A stretch of DNA of 64,000 nucleotides from Octopus bimaculoides (Eukaryota). The stretch's first letter is position 1; each line of letters begins with the position of its first letter. The notes under the pieces were generated by a model. The model saw nothing but the letters and a program-made list of their open reading frames with translations, was not told where the DNA came from and did not search any database. Positions 23,201 to 38,002 of this stretch are shown piece after piece. The stretch covers positions 36,489,536-36,553,535 of the forward strand of contig NC_068993.1 of the NCBI RefSeq assembly GCF_001194135.2, given 5' to 3'. The translations under genes and the position numbers were made by a program.

Positions 23201-24729
23201 AAATATACTACTTAATTCTCAAATAATCTCCAAGATCTAAGTAAATGATGGAAACTTATGTCAGTAGGCCTCCTCCTCAAAGTCCCAAACACAGTTTAAA
23301 TTCTGTTGACTGACGCTTTCCAAGAAGAACAAATAGTGGTGCTGCTGCTGTTGAAACAAAACCTCATTCTAGAGCACCTGGAGAAAAGTTTCTCACTTTT
23401 ACTTATGGAATAGAGCTAATTTTCAAATGCCGTGATTCATTCAACAACAAAACCCAGAACACAAACTGCCAAACAAATTTTCAAATGTAAAAATGATTCT
23501 TTCCAAAGATATTTTTCTCCCAATTTTGCTGAGTCTCCCTTCTTACAATTTGTTCTCAAATTGAACAATACTGAAAACAATACTCCTGGAGAGAAAGCCC
23601 TCTCTTTTACTTACTTCATTCTGAACTCCAATTTCTACATACACTCAACCACAAATGCACACACACACACACACTCTCTCTCTCTCTCTCTCTTTCTCTT
23701 ATATATAAACACACACAAACATAAATATTCCATTTCAGAAGTCCCATTTCCCTTGGCCATTTTCTTCTCATATCCATTCTTTAGTTGTTAAATATTACAA
23801 ATTCTTCACTCGTTGTTATCTATATTTTTAAATTATATATAAAATCTTCCAAATGTAACTTGAGTTTTGTTTTCTTTATTTGTTTGTTTTGTTTTCATTT
23901 TGTTTGTATGTCTTTTTATTTATTACCATTCTTTCTAAAAGGAATGGGTTTCCAACAAAGGAACAAAAGATCAATAATTGGAGTTTGGATAACAATGATT
24001 ATTATAACATATTGAACTTAAAGAAAGTCTTGCATATTTTTACAGTTTCACTTGCAGATTGTGTGTGTAAAGTTCATGTTAGCCAGTCTCTACATGAAAA
24101 TTTCATATTTTCTAGGATTTATAAATTTATAATCCAGTTAAAGGAGCTGCAGGTTTCAAAGAATTTTCTATGGATATTCTCTTTTACTCTGACTTTAGAA
24201 GAGATGTTCACACCTGCAGGGCAACTAAATTTGTAAATGACTTTTCTTTTTTATTCCACATGTCCGTTATGTATGTACTTGGGAAGAAATATTGATGGGA
24301 ATGTTCCATGGATATTTTCCCCACTTAAATGTGGATGTTCTATTAGAACAAACTTTATTGTGGAAGTTAGCATGAGAGCAACTCCCATAATGGTTTTTTT
24401 GGTGCAAAATGCACTCCTGTTTATCTCTCGAGTGGGGAGATAAATCCCTGCTAACTCCAGCGCCAAGACCACCATATTATGTGATTTCAACCTTGTTTGG
24501 TCTTGTAAATGATGGACACTCGACTGCTAAAGACAGCTGCAATTAGCCAGTTAACTTATCAAATATATATATATATTAGCAATAGAGACAGTATTAATAC
24601 CGAGAGGTAATATTTATCCCTACTTCAATGTAGATATTCTATTAGAACAAACTTTACTGTGGTAGTTACCATGAGAGCAACTCTCATATTGGCTTTTTAG
24701 TACAAAATGCACTTTTGTTTTATGTTATT

Positions 24730-25550
24730 CTCTGTCAAAGCAATGTTTTTTTGTTCTTGGCCACAAAGTTTGTTTGTGTTATGGCAAACCAGTTCAGTAT
24801 GTCTATCTGGTCTTCCATAGTTTATTGAAACATGCATAAAGTGACTGTCTATAAAATGTCAGTGCCTTATACCTGTAGCTGACTATGGAGTCTCTTCCTG
24901 ATGCATTCTTGTTATCTAGCTTTCCCACAGCATTGGGTAAAGTTTTGCCATCAATTGTATGTTTTACTGCTGATATTGATACAGTTAGTCTTGAGTTATT
25001 GTATCTACCCATTTTGCAGTTTAGAGTCTTTACTTTCATTTAACCAAAATGATTTTAGATCTCCCTGGGAAGGGACTCTTCTCACAATATTTTTCTCCCT
25101 AGTGTCTTTACATACGGTTTGTAGGTTAAAAGCAAACTTGTATCCTGCTTTACTGTAATACTTTTTTGCAGTGGCAAAATGTTTTATTCTGAGCCTTGAG
25201 TTGGTGTTTTAAGATTATTAAATTGACCTCAACACTCTGAATACTATCTCTGTACACTTTTGATAGCTTTCTCAGGAGGTGTTCTTGTGTTTTGTGAACT
25301 TACCACCAACTTTATACTTTATAATGGCATCTAACTACCCTATTCTGTGGCATAAATGTGTTGTGTTTTCTTCTACAATTGTTACCCAACAGAGTTGCTT
25401 TTGATGAATTATTTCTTTGCAACATACTTTGCAAGTATTTCCCAGGTGTTTGTTCCACCAGGATAACAACAGCAGTATACTAGCAAGTATTGAAATTCCA
25501 ATACCAGTTTTCACGTTTTTCATGCCTTCTCTAGCAATATTGTTTTTTAA
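24730..25550 (-). mobile_element. R4/Dong-like LINE remnant (pre-RT region)
   Basis: The minus strand gives LKAQ..; GDLKSFW; NAVGKLDNKNASGRDSIVSYRYKALTFYRQSL..FNKLW; NWFAITQTNFVAKN. These resemble the R4-clade K..NWK.PG.D.I..YW.K.L and P.W...G.T.LI.K motifs. Confidence 0.55.
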
Positions 25551-25619
25551 GTTTTATCACGAGAGGAGTTGATCTTCATCCCACTCTCATCAAACATGAC
25601 CACCAGCAAGATGTTCTGG

Positions 25620-26150
25620 GTGCAGAAAATCATTTAAAATGTGTTATTGAATGTTTTCCCTGCAACTAGGCTGAACTAAAACAAAGCCTATACCAGCAAG
25701 ATCAGACATAGATTTTTTCATTGCAACTGTCATATCAATGCTATTATATGGCAGTGAAACATGGATACTGACAAAGAAATTATCAAACAAGTTAGATGGC
25801 TGCTACACAAGGATGCTACAAGTGCCCTAAATGTGAAATGGCAACAATGTATGAGAAGCAAGTACCTTTATGGAGAACTGCTTGAAAGTTAGCAAGAAGA
25901 TCAGGCAAGGACAGCTGTGACTATCTGGTCACTGCATGTGCCACCCTGAACTCCAGGCATCCAAATTAGTCTTATGGAACCCACTTCGTGGTGATGTAAG
26001 AAGAGGAAAACTTTGTCACACTTGCATCGACAACTTGATTGCAGACACTGTCGTGGAATGCATCCGGGACCTTGAGGCAATGATGGACTATGAAGTGTGG
26101 CAGGTGGACTTTGTTGCTGTGGCCCGGGTTGGAATAATAATAATAATATC
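25620..26150 (+). mobile_element. RTE-clade LINE 3' fragment with (AAT)n tail
   Basis: Reads FIATVISMLLYGSETWILTKKLSNKLDGCYTRML..LYGEL..SGHC..LVLWNP..RG...IDNL..DT, ending in ataataataat. Confidence 0.85.
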
Positions 26151-27929
26151 AGCAAACAGTTTTTTTTCCTTCTTTTACAAATAAGAAAAACACCTTGTAC
26201 TCATCAACTTAGCATCATTCATACCAGTTTTAAAAGAATATTTCCCCCTACATGGAATTCCATTTATACTCTCGTGGCTGACAGCAATAACAGATTACCA
26301 CCAATATTGGCATCAACACCACTACTGCAAGAGTGAGCTATCTGTGAAAATGTAAGTACCTTTCTCGTTTTACTTGTTCTTTGTAATTAAATCAGGATAT
26401 TCTTCACTGTAATGGAAAAGTCTGAGAGAATTTCATTATCTGCTCCATGAAGCAGTTAAAAGAATACTGGAATGAATCTCATCCAAACTTAAGCCACTTC
26501 ACAACTTACAAATGGCAATACATATACTGGTTCAGATTCCACTAAAAGCAAGTTTAACCTTTCATCTTTCCAGGGTCAATAAAACAAATACCAGTTGAGC
26601 ACTGGGGGTCAATGTATTCAACTTATCCCCTCCCTGAAATTGCTGGCTTTGTGCCAAAACCTGAAACCAATACATACACTGGTTCCTGTAAAACTATTCA
26701 TATTCTCAACAGTATTCTAACCAGACAAAAACTGCCACTGAGACCCGCAAGTACATAAATGAACCAACACAGGCAGCACCAGACCAGTATCTCTACATGA
26801 AGATAACTGTAAAACCTACACGACTAAAAAACATTTTACAAGCAAATTTCAAAACAATTTCACCAGTTTCTGTAAGTTATTCTTAAACAACATACTTTTT
26901 TGCTGTATCTTTTATGTTTCACTTGTTTCAGTCATTGGACTGCAGTCATGTTGGGGCACTGTCTTGAAGGGATTAGCTGAACAAACCAATGCCAATACTT
27001 ATTTCTTTTAAGCCTGCTATTTATTCTATCAAACTTTCTTGCCAAACCACTGTTAATTTAATTTCAACTGGCCACCAACTTAGAAGCAAGATTGTGAAAG
27101 AAAACATCTTTCTTTATTTATCATCTTTTAAATGACATGAGAAATCTTGTAGATTTTTATTGTCTCAGATATTGTGATCATTTGTAGTATAGGAATTAAG
27201 GAGTTGCATTCCCTGCCCATGGATGCAAGTTCAGCCATACTTTGATCCAAGTGGGTTGGGACATAACCTGTTGCTCCAATAACAATAGATATAAAACTGA
27301 AAGTGTCTTGAGTACTGGATTCCTTTGATACCCATCTCACATTCCCAGCATCATCCCTTACCACTAGATGTCAACTGAACATCCTCTGATACCTATCGTT
27401 TGACTCCCCTTTTTTGTAACTCACTATGTTCACACCTGATGTGCCTCTTAACTCTGTCACTATGCATCTTCTCCTGCTTCTCTACTTCATTTCATCTCCC
27501 TATTATCATTCTATGGGTTTTATTATACTGTTCTTCCCATCACTTTTTTATGTATATATTACTACCTATCATCTTTTATTTTCCTTTCATTCCCCCACAC
27601 TTGGGCTCACCATTCCCTACACTGCCATCCATCATCCATGTTCACTATTCACTGCTGTTACTCTCCTTCCACACTCTCAAGAACCTTCTTACTCACCCAG
27701 CCAGTCTTGATTTTCTGCCTCTACTCTCTCCCTCTATTCAGTTTTTTTTACCTTGAGGGTATACCTTAGCACCAATCTCCACCATCGTTTCTTCTCTTCC
27801 TGTTAGAGTAGCCACTTATCTCCTCTACAATAAAACACCTGTTACTCTTTTCCTCTTTAGCTTCTCTACACCTGATAGAAAGCCACCTCCTTCAATACTA
27901 CACCCCAACTCAGTCAAAGGGTCTTGTCT

Positions 27930-28142
27930 TGTGAATTACTTGGTGACCTCACTGGTGCTGGTGCCATGAAGAAAAAAAAGCACCTTTACATTCTGTAAAT
28001 TGGTTGGCATAAAGAAGGGCATCCAGCTGTAGAAATGTTGCAGGATCAAACATTGGAGACCAACACAGCCTTCATGCTAGATGGATCTTGTGTAACCATC
28101 CAACCCATATCAGCATGGAATATGAATGTTAGACGATGGTGA
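27930..28142 (+). mobile_element. Older RTE-type 3' UTR fragment
   Basis: Contains gaagggcatccagctgtagaaa..ccaaccc..agcatggaa..gatggtgatg. Confidence 0.7.
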
Positions 28143-28148
28143 TGTCCT

Positions 28149-28435
28149 ACTGCATGACATCTTGGGCAAGTGTCTTTTATAGGCCTTAGGCCAACCAAAG
28201 CCTTATGAGTGGATTTGATAAATGGAAACTGAAAGAAGCCTGCCATATGTATGTGCGTTTGTGTTTGTGACCCCACCACCACTTAACAACTGGTGTTGGT
28301 GTGTTTATGCTCCCACAACTTAGCAGCTCAGCAAAAAAGACCAATACAATAAAGTACCAAAAAAAATTAGTAAAAATTCTTCAAGGTGGTGCCCCAGCAT
28401 GGCCACAGTCTAATGACTGAAACAATTAAAAGATA
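28149..28435 (+). mobile_element. SINE family A, 5'-truncated
   Basis: Reads ttgggcaagtgtctt..ggatttgataaatggaaactgaaagaagcc..gactgaaacaa. Confidence 0.8.
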
Positions 28436-31400
28436 TGTTTGTGTATAGCTCCTTGTTTTGGCATCACATGAGAGTCATAAAGGAGTGTCATGGTCATAAA
28501 AGCAGTTGCATTGTTGACATTCCTGTCAACAGAATGCATCAAATCTCTTCACTTCTGAAGGTGAATGAGATGAAAACTGCTTTGCTTTACTTGAAAGACA
28601 AGTAAGGATTAACAGTAGGGAAAACATCCATCTGTAGAAACAATTCCACACACACTCATCTAACTCATGGTAGCATGGAAAAATGAATGAAGGATTACAT
28701 GCACACAGTGGGCTTCTGCATAGCTTTCATTCACCAGATTTCCTTCACAAGGTATAAATTCACTCAAGGATTCAGTAGAAAAAAAAAAAAACTTGGTACC
28801 AAGTTAACCAAGTAATACACAGTGAGATGGAATCAAGAGCCACCTTGTTGCAACAGGAAACCTCCTAACCACACATCAATGCCTGTGTCCACTCAGAAAG
28901 CCCCAACAGTTTATCTCAAAGGACTAAACATGCTTACGTCTCCCTAACATATTTACATCTTATGTTGTATAGGAAAAGGTAAAGTTTTATTAGAATTATG
29001 TTTGACTTCAGAGAAACCTATATATATATATTGTAATATTTCACCAGAATTTGTTATAATAGTAACATGTAGTAACTCTGTAAAGTGGTTGACATTAATA
29101 AGGACATCCAGCCATAGAAACATGCCAAAGTAAAATATTGGAGCTCAACATGGTCATCTGGCTCATCAGATACTGGTACTCCATTTGTTTTGACAAGTGT
29201 TGCAGTTGATTTGATCAATGGAACAGTCCACCTGTGAAATTAATGTGTAAGTGGCTGAGTACTCCACAGACATGCATACCCTTAACATATTTCTCAGGGA
29301 GATTCAGTATGACTTACAATGTGACAAGGCTTGCCCTTTGAAATATACGAAATACTCACTATTGCCAGCTGAGTGGACTGAGGAAACGTGAAATAAAGTG
29401 TCTTGCTCAAGGACACAACACACTACCATATATCAAACTCACAACCTTATGATCACAAGACTGGAAATAAAGGACACTACCTGCATGAAGGTGACACTCA
29501 TTTACAACTACTAAGCAATGTGAACATAAAGAGACAATAATACACACACATACAATGGACTTCTTTCAAATCTACTCACAAAGCTTTGGTTGGTCCAAGA
29601 CTGCAGTAGAAAACACTTGCCCAGGGTATCATGCAGTGGGACTGAACCTAGCATCATGCAGTTTGGAAGCAAGCTTCTTACCACACAGCCTGGGTAATAT
29701 ACTGACATTTAAATAGATGACATATGTTTTATCACTCAAAGGATGGTGAGATGACAGATATAGTAAAATACATGGCTATATGACTTACAGTGTTTAATTA
29801 AAATTGCTTCGTGAAAGATCAGGTATTACTGGAGTTAGACTTGTTCATTTCTTTGTGGAGTTCAAATATCAGTATGTTAATAACATTTTCTTTCTCTTTC
29901 CTACAATATGAGGAAGCCAGTGAAACTGGGAAAACAAAACAAAAAACACATGCAAAAAGCTCAAATTTCGTTCATAATTTTCAGCACATTTTCTAAATAC
30001 CAACATTTCATCAGTGTTGAGATATGAATGAACATGAGTGTGGTGGTGTCATAGATGGAATAAGGTTTTGATTGTGATTTATGGCAGCTAAAAGTCCTTG
30101 ATTTACCATTTATTTATTGAAAGTAAGAACCAAAAACATGTTGAAGACATGAGAACATTTTTTAAATAAATATTTAAAACAAAAGCATTGTAAGGTTAAT
30201 ATTTTTATTTATTTAGAAAAAAACTGATAATGAAAAAGCAGTTGATTTTAAAAATAATTTTTCAGTATGTTTTGAAGCTAAAGAGGACAGATTTTTTTCT
30301 TGGACAGTTTTTTTTTTTTTTTTTTTTTTTTGTCTTTGCCTGTTGCAATATAACCACAATCCATGCAAAATAATTTTCTTCTTTAGAATTGCAAAAAAAT
30401 AAAAATAAATAGTTTGGAAATATTTTTGCCATGATTTTAATCTTTTATTTTTCATAGAATATCCCAAATTGTCAGGAATGAAAAATGAAAAGATCAAAAA
30501 GAAAAAAAAAACATTTTGCAGTAAGTAAATAGCAAAATTATTATGTAATCTTTGTTCATTTTGTCAGTTAAGTCATCACAGCTATGGTCATGCTGGGACA
30601 TTGCATTATAATTCCTGGGAAAAATTTCAAGATATTTTATCTTGATCATTTATCAATCATTAATGATAATAATATTAATAATAATGATAATAATAATTAG
30701 CGCAATGCCACAAAAGAATAAATTTATATCACTGTGTCTGACATCTTCTTGACTATTTTTCATGCCAACATTTTTACTTAATTCCACTCTCTTACATCTT
30801 AAACTTCTCTGGAACTCTCTCTCACCTTGCCCAAACCAAAAGTTCAATTTTTACATAGTTGCAACAATCACACTCAGTTTTATTTCAGTCTGTAAAGTTC
30901 TTCAAAAGCTAAGAACATTCCTTTTTCTTCTACAGTTAAACGAAGATATAAAAGAAAGGCAACTAAAATCAAATGTCTTTTAACATCTTAGAAAGTAATT
31001 TTTTTATTGGTGAGTCTAGAGAGAAAGGGTTGCACCTATGAATCTTTAAATGTGGGTCCTCCTGAACTGGGGACATCGATAAGGTTAATGCTCAGTTCAA
31101 ACATCTATGCATTACCATCTACAAGAAAATCATGGCAGGATGAGAGGTGAGAGATATCTAGCTGCTATGTCAAGCAGATTGGGTCACCACATAGAATCTC
31201 TCACTCACTGGATAATGTAATCCCAGATATTTTATGTTAGCCAAAAAGCATAAATAAACAAGGACTGGAATGTCTTTTATCATGGTCTGTTTATTCTAGG
31301 CTAACTTGAAGCTAACTACCAATCTAGGGAGCCATATCTCTTTCAAACCACACCTTACCATCTTAAAAAATATAATAAATGAAGGACTCTTCATTAGACA

Positions 31401-32874
31401 GTGTAGTCTTGGATATATAAACAAGATGAGATGGTCACAACTGGAATGTCTTTGATAGTTCATAGGTCTGTTTGATCAAACCTCACCTGGGACAAAGCAA
31501 CAACATGACAGAAAAGAAATTACAATGTCATGGGCTTAATTTAATTATCAATATAATTAAATGCTTAATGAAATATCAAACATTGCCATCATGTCAGTAG
31601 ATCATCAGACTAAATATCATTTACTTTTACATCAGGGTGATAGGTTGGCAGAATTGTTTGGGCATTGGACAAAATGCTTTGCAGTATTTAGTTATGGCAT
31701 TTTATGTTCTGAGTTCAAATGTTGTGAATGTCATTTATGCTTTTCATCCTCCCATGGTAAATAAAATAAAGTACCAGTCAAAATACTGGGTGGGAAGCAG
31801 GGTGATCATCTAGCCCCATCTCCCATAAATTTCAGGTCCTGTGTCTTTATCATAAACAATTATTAAGTTGGTATTTGTAATGAAACTAAAATAAAAATTC
31901 TTACATAAAATTATAATAGAAAACTTTTTTAATTCTCATATGAATACTTTGAAGATTAGTGTATTGTATTATGAAGCCAGAGGTGATAGCCTTAGGTGGG
32001 TTGGTTTCAAAAGAATTAAGATGAACAACATCCTTTGATATACTGAATTTACTTTGCCTTATCTTTGATTTTATTTAATTAATTTAATAAATTAAATTTC
32101 TTCAGAGCGAAAAAAAATAATTGTTGTTGACAGTCAACAAGAAACCTTTTAATATTTCAGACTAAAAAATATTTTTTGCTAAAAGTAGTAGCAGATGGGG
32201 TAGTGGTGGTAGTGCTATCTCCAGGCATGAGTATACTGGGTAGTTGCCTAGTGGCCTCACAGGTCTAGGGGGAATTTTAGTCTATTTATGTTGTGGCTTT
32301 CTGTCAATAAATACATATTATAGGGCCCAGTGCACTAATTTGCCAAGGAATTTTTAATGCTGCTAAAATGGCCCTGGGAGATTGAGGTGGTGGTGATAGT
32401 AATAGTAGTAGCAGTAGAGATAAAATGCTAGATGAAATCATTTGGAGTTTTTATATTTTATATAATGTATTTTTGTGAACAACATTCTAGTTTGTTTTAG
32501 GTTTTCAATGGATCTATCATTAATTTATGGCATTTAGAATGTTTTAGTTCAAATCTTAACCCCAAGGTCAACTTAAGCTTTCATTCCTCTTTGGTTCATA
32601 GAAAAATACTAATATTGAAGTGCAAGTCGATTGACCCCCATCTTTGCCCTCTCTTTTATAAAAACTGGTTTTGTATCTAGCCAACAGAAACCAATATTTT
32701 AAAGTGAACTTGCTGATCAGCAAAAATAATGGTTCACAAGAAAGAAAGGTTTGGTGGATGTGATGACAGATTGCAGAATATTTCATATCTTTGTATCAGG
32801 CATGTACCATCAGTAATTACTCAGGGTAGGCAGTTGGTGACCTTTATGTAGTAATGTGTGTGTGTGTGTGTGTG

Positions 32875-33259
32875 TGTGTTGGCACTCCGTCGCTTACGAC
32901 GTCGAGGGTTCCAGTTGATCTGATCAACGGAACAGCCTGCTCATGAAATTAACATGCATGTGGCTGAGCACTCCACAGACACGTGTACCCCTAACGTAGT
33001 TCTCGGGGATATTCAGTGTGACACAGTGTGACAAGGCTGACCCTTTGAATTACAGGCACAACAGAAACAGGAAGTAAAAGTGAGAGAAAGTTGTGGTGGA
33101 AGAGTACAGCAGGGTTCGCCACCATCCCCTGCCAGAGCCTCATGGAGCTTTTAGGTGTTTTCGCTCAATAAACTCTCACAACGCCCAGTCTGGGAATCGA
33201 AACCACGATCCTATGACTGTGAGTCCGCTGCCCTAACCACTGGGCCATTGCACCTCCAC
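32875..33259 (-). mobile_element. SINE family C, full length
   Basis: Reverse complement of 11096-11468; tail runs into (TG)n. Confidence 0.9.
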
Positions 33260-35491
33260 ATTTTATGTAGTAAAACACACAAAAAATAAGCGAAACATAG
33301 GCACGCAACTGAGTTGAAAGTGGATTTACTTCTGCCTTTATAACATGTAAAGAAAACGGTGTTGTACGAGTGTACACAGTACATGTACCACAGCAGTACT
33401 ATGTGTAGCTTAAATACTGAGATTGAAAAGCAGGGGTGAATTATGCCTGCCTAATCTACAAAAATATAAAATATTTTGTATTTTATGCATAGTAATCAGA
33501 GTAACCTTCATAATTTCATTGAATAAGGTGCATATTTTGCCATAAAAGGAAAATATTGCTATTGATCTATTTTATTCAAAGTAAGCACTGCCTATCTAGG
33601 CAACATGTCTGCTTTGTATAATTTTAAAAAATAATTTCTTTAAAAAAACACATACATATATACACAGATTGTTTCATCATCATCATTTAACATTCATGTT
33701 CCATGCTAGCATGGGTTGGACAGTTTGACAGAATCCAATGGATTCAAGAACTGTGTCATGCTCCAAATGTCTACCTTGATATGGTTTTTATTTGTACTCT
33801 GTTATGTTCCTTTTGTCGGGTATAAAAGAAACAACTATTTAGTTGGCATGCAGTGTTGAATTCGATATTTTGACATGTAAATGTGGCCAGAACACAAGTT
33901 GATGGGTCCTATATGTTGTTTACCCCACCGAAAGTCTGTTCTGATTGAGCAAGACTATCATCAGAGGTGTTCAACTTATGACAGGGTGGATGGGGACTGG
34001 GACCAACTATAAATGGATATTTTCCTCACATTCACCAGACCGTTAGAGAAACCATCTGTTGGATAATGATATTTTGATATTCTGTTCATTATATCTTTTT
34101 TATTTAAGCGAGTACACTGTGATTGAGGAAGATCTGGTTGCTACTTCTAGCTGGGGATGTAAGACCAGTAGCATCATTTAAAGTAAACAACAGACTTGTC
34201 TGCTGACAGATTGCTTGTCTAAGTGTATAGTATGATGGCTGGAAAGACATTTAGCATTTACATCCACCTTGTCTTTTGATGTTGGGTCTTAAAAACACCA
34301 GCTTTTTATACCTTCAGGTTACTGGAAACGTTGTTTTCTATTCTACAATCACAAAGGCTTGTGGATTGGCATAAACAGTAGAGCGCTAGACTAAATACCT
34401 GGTATCCCTTTATGAAGTCGACTTTGCCTTCTGGGTTAGCAAAATAAATATCAGCTATATAATGAGGTTAATTCAATTAATTATTGCACTCATAAATTTC
34501 TAGTCTTATATTGATACCAGAAATCTCTATATAACACATATAGATTGTTAATCAACAGGTTGTGGGTTCAAGTCTTACTACAACCATGTTGATATATGTT
34601 TAGATCAACAATTCCTAACCTGAGAGAAATGTTAGAATTCTAGGGGTACATTTGGTGTTTCTGGTGAAGAATTTATTTTAAGTTGAAAAATAATCATTAT
34701 TGGTGCAATTTCTGCTAGGCTCATTTTAATGTCCACTTTTCTATGCTTGGCATGAGTCAAACAGAATTTGTTGAGGCAGATTTCTTATGGTTAGATGCCC
34801 TTTCTGTCACCAATCCTCAGCTGTTTCCAAGCAAGGTAATATTTCCACATGATCAGACAAGTTTTTACAGAAAATTGGAAATTAACACTGCTTATATGAC
34901 AGTGACACTTGTTTACAACTATCACATGATATGTGTGTGCGTGTGTGTGTGTATCTTTTATTTCTTCCATCTCCAGACTGTGGCCATGCTAGGGTACCGC
35001 CTTGAAAGGTTTTAGGTGAATGAACCAACCCAAGTACTTAATTTTTTTTAAAGCCTGGTACTATTGATCTCTTATGCTAAACCACTAAGTTAGAGGGAAC
35101 ATAAATAAATACCAGTTGTCAAACAGTGGTGAGGAATAAATATGAAGATACACACGCACATGCACACACATACACCATCATCATCATTGTTTAACGTCCA
35201 CTCTCCATGCTGGCATGGGTTGGACAGTTTGACATAGAGCTGGCTAGCAGAGAGCTGGCATGGTTTCTATGGCTGAATGCCCTTCCTAACACCAACCACT
35301 TAGCAGAGTGTGCTAGGTGCTTTTGACATGCTACTGGTATGGGTGTGTTAATGCAGTGCCATCATGGGTGCTTTTTAAGTGGCACCGACACCTGAAAGGA
35401 CAGACCTGTATGTGTGGAAGACAGTGATTTTACTTAGCTTGACATGTCTTATCAAGTACAGCAAATTACCACATCTCCCAGTCCCTTATCC

Positions 35492-35912
35492 TCATCATCG
35501 TTTAACGTCCGCTTTCCATGCTAGCATGGGTTGGACGATTTGACTGAGGACTGGTAAACCAGATGGCTACACCAGGCTCCAATCTGATTTGGCAGAGTTT
35601 CTACAGCTGGATGCCCTTCCTAACGCCAACCACTCCGAGAGTGTAGTGGGTGCTTTTACGTGCCACTGGCACGAGAGCCAGTCAAGTGATACTGGCAACA
35701 GCCACGCTCAAATGGTGTTTTTTATGTGCCACCTGCACCGGAGCCAGTCCAGCAGCACTGGCAACGACCTGGCTCAAATGTTTTTTTTTTCACGTTCCAC
35801 TGGCACAAGTTCCACTAAGGCGACGCTGGTAACAATCACATTCAAATGATGCTTTTTACATGCCACCGGCACGGAAGCCAGGCAGCTGCTCAGGCAATGA
35901 TCACACTCGGAT
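35492..35912 (-). mobile_element. RTE 3' UTR module with tandem hairpin units
   Basis: Reverse complement of the (GAT)n-tailed module; hairpin loops gctgctgg and atcacttg. Confidence 0.85.
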
Positions 35913-36509
35913 ATACAAGCTTCTTTCAGTTTCTGCCAACTAAATATACTGACAAGGCTTTGGTCAGCCTGAGGTTATAGCAGAAGAGACTTGTCCAAGG
36001 TGTTATGCAGTAGAACTGGACCATGTGGTTGGGAAAGCAAACCTCTTACCATATTACTACACATATCTTATGCTAACAATAACTGATGACAAATAAACCA
36101 ACATGAATTGAACCACTGATTGGGAAAATACCCATGAACTGTTGAGAAATAAGTAAATGGATAACTAAAATAAAAACTGGGAAAAGGTGAGGGTGGAGGA
36201 ATAGAAATAAAAACAAGCAAAAAATATAAAACAAAAATTCCCCTTCCAACAGTGTTTATTGATGATCAATGAAAGAAACAAGATTTGGAAAATATTAAAC
36301 AACTGAAAAAAAAATCCCCAACAAAAGCAACAAAAAAAAAACTCACACTAGGACAATGAAACAAGGTTGTAACATTACAGAATTAGGTATGTTTGTGGGG
36401 GAGTGAGAAGGATTGGGATGTGTGAGAAGGTAGGGTATTTGTGTGTACACAAAAGTGCTTGTGTGTATAAGTGTGTATGTATAAGTATGCATAGATATAT
36501 TTTTGTCTT

Positions 36510-36564
<55 letters not shown>

Positions 36565-36587
36565 TCACACATATATATACATATATA

Positions 36588-36749
36588 GGCACAGGTATGG
36601 CTGCGTGGTAAGAAGCTTGCTTCCCAGCCACATAGTTCTAAGTTCAGTCCCACTGCGTGGCACCTTCAGCAAGTGTCTTCTACTATAGCCTCAGGCCAAC
36701 CAAAGCCTTGTGAGAGGATTTGATAGATGGAAATTGAAAGAAGCCCATC

Positions 36750-36785
<36 letters not shown>

Positions 36786-36977
36786 TTGTGTGTCTGTGTT
36801 TGTTCCCCCCACCACCATTAACTGATGTTGGTATGTTTACGTCCCTATAACTTAGCAGTTCAGCAAAAGAAACTGATAGAATAAGTAGGCTTACAAAGAA
36901 TAAGTCCTAGGATTGATTAGCTCGACTAAAGGCGATGCTCCAGTATGGCCGCAGTCATATGACTGAAACAAGTAAAA

Positions 36978-36980
<3 letters not shown>
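36588..36980 (+). mobile_element. SINE family A, full length, with internal (TA)n
   Basis: tRNA-like head ggctgcgtggtaagaagc..gttcagtccc, core ..agcaagtgtcttctactatagcc, tail gactgaaacaagtaaaag. Confidence 0.9.
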
Positions 36981-37054
<74 letters not shown>

Positions 37055-37182
37055 GAGGATTTACAATACTATCATTGGTTTCATGTGATACATTGCAATT
37101 ATCAAACATTCAACTTAAAAATGTTGGAAATCTGTCTCCATTTTGGATATGTGTATGTATGTATTTGCATATATGTATGAAG

Positions 37183-37500
37183 TTGCATGGCTTAATGATT
37201 AGTGTATTTGGCTCCTGATTGTAAGATCATGAGTTCAATACCTGGCAGCACACTATGTCCTTGAGCAAGACACTTTATTTCATAATGCTCCAGCCCACTC
37301 AGCTGGCAGAAATGAATCGTACCTGTAATTCAAAGGGCCGGCCTTGTCACATTTTCTGTCATACTGAATCTCCTTGAAAACTGCATTAAGGCTACACTTG
37401 TCTGTGGAGTGCTCAGCCACTTACATGTTAATTTCACAAGCAGGCTTTTCAGTTAATTGGATCAAGTGGAACACTCGTCATCATAACTGACAATGCCAGT
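37183..37500 (+). mobile_element. SINE family C'
   Basis: Core tccttgagcaagacactttatttc plus tail tacctgtaattcaaagggcc..gtctgtggagtgctcagccac. Confidence 0.8.
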
Positions 37501-37576
37501 TCAGTTCATACATATATGTATACATATGTATATTTGGGTGATTGTGTGCGTATATATATATATATATATATATATA

Positions 37577-37997
37577 NNNNNNNNNNNNNNNNNNNNNNNN
37601 NNNNNNNNNNNNNNNNNNNNNNNNNNNNNNNNNNNNNNNNNNNNNNNNNNNNNNNNNNNNNNNNNNNNNNNNNNNNNNNNNNNNNNNNNNNNNNNNNNNN
37701 NNNNNNNNNNNNNNNNNNNNNNNNNNNNNNNNNNNNNNNNNNNNNNNNNNNNNNNNNNNNNNNNNNNNNNNNNNNNNNNNNNNNNNNNNNNNNNNNNNNN
37801 NNNNNNNNNNNNNNNNNNNNNNNNNNNNNNNNNNNNNNNNNNNNNNNNNNNNNNNNNNNNNNNNNNNNNNNNNNNNNNNNNNNNNNNNNNNNNNNNNNNN
37901 NNNNNNNNNNNNNNNNNNNNNNNNNNNNNNNNNNNNNNNNNNNNNNNNNNNNNNNNNNNNNNNNNNNNNNNNNNNNNNNNNNNNNNNNNNNNNNNNN
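37577..37997. other. Assembly gap (N)
   Basis: Run of N within (TA)n. Confidence 1.
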
Positions 37998-38002
37998 ATA
38001 TA

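Noticed and set aside
24730-26150. Opposite-strand LINE pieces as one 5'-inverted (twin-primed) insertion
   Set aside because: The two halves resemble different clades (R4-like versus RTE).
36255-36285. ttgatga..gaaac hammerhead-like string
   Set aside because: Helix II cannot pair; likely chance in AT-rich DNA.
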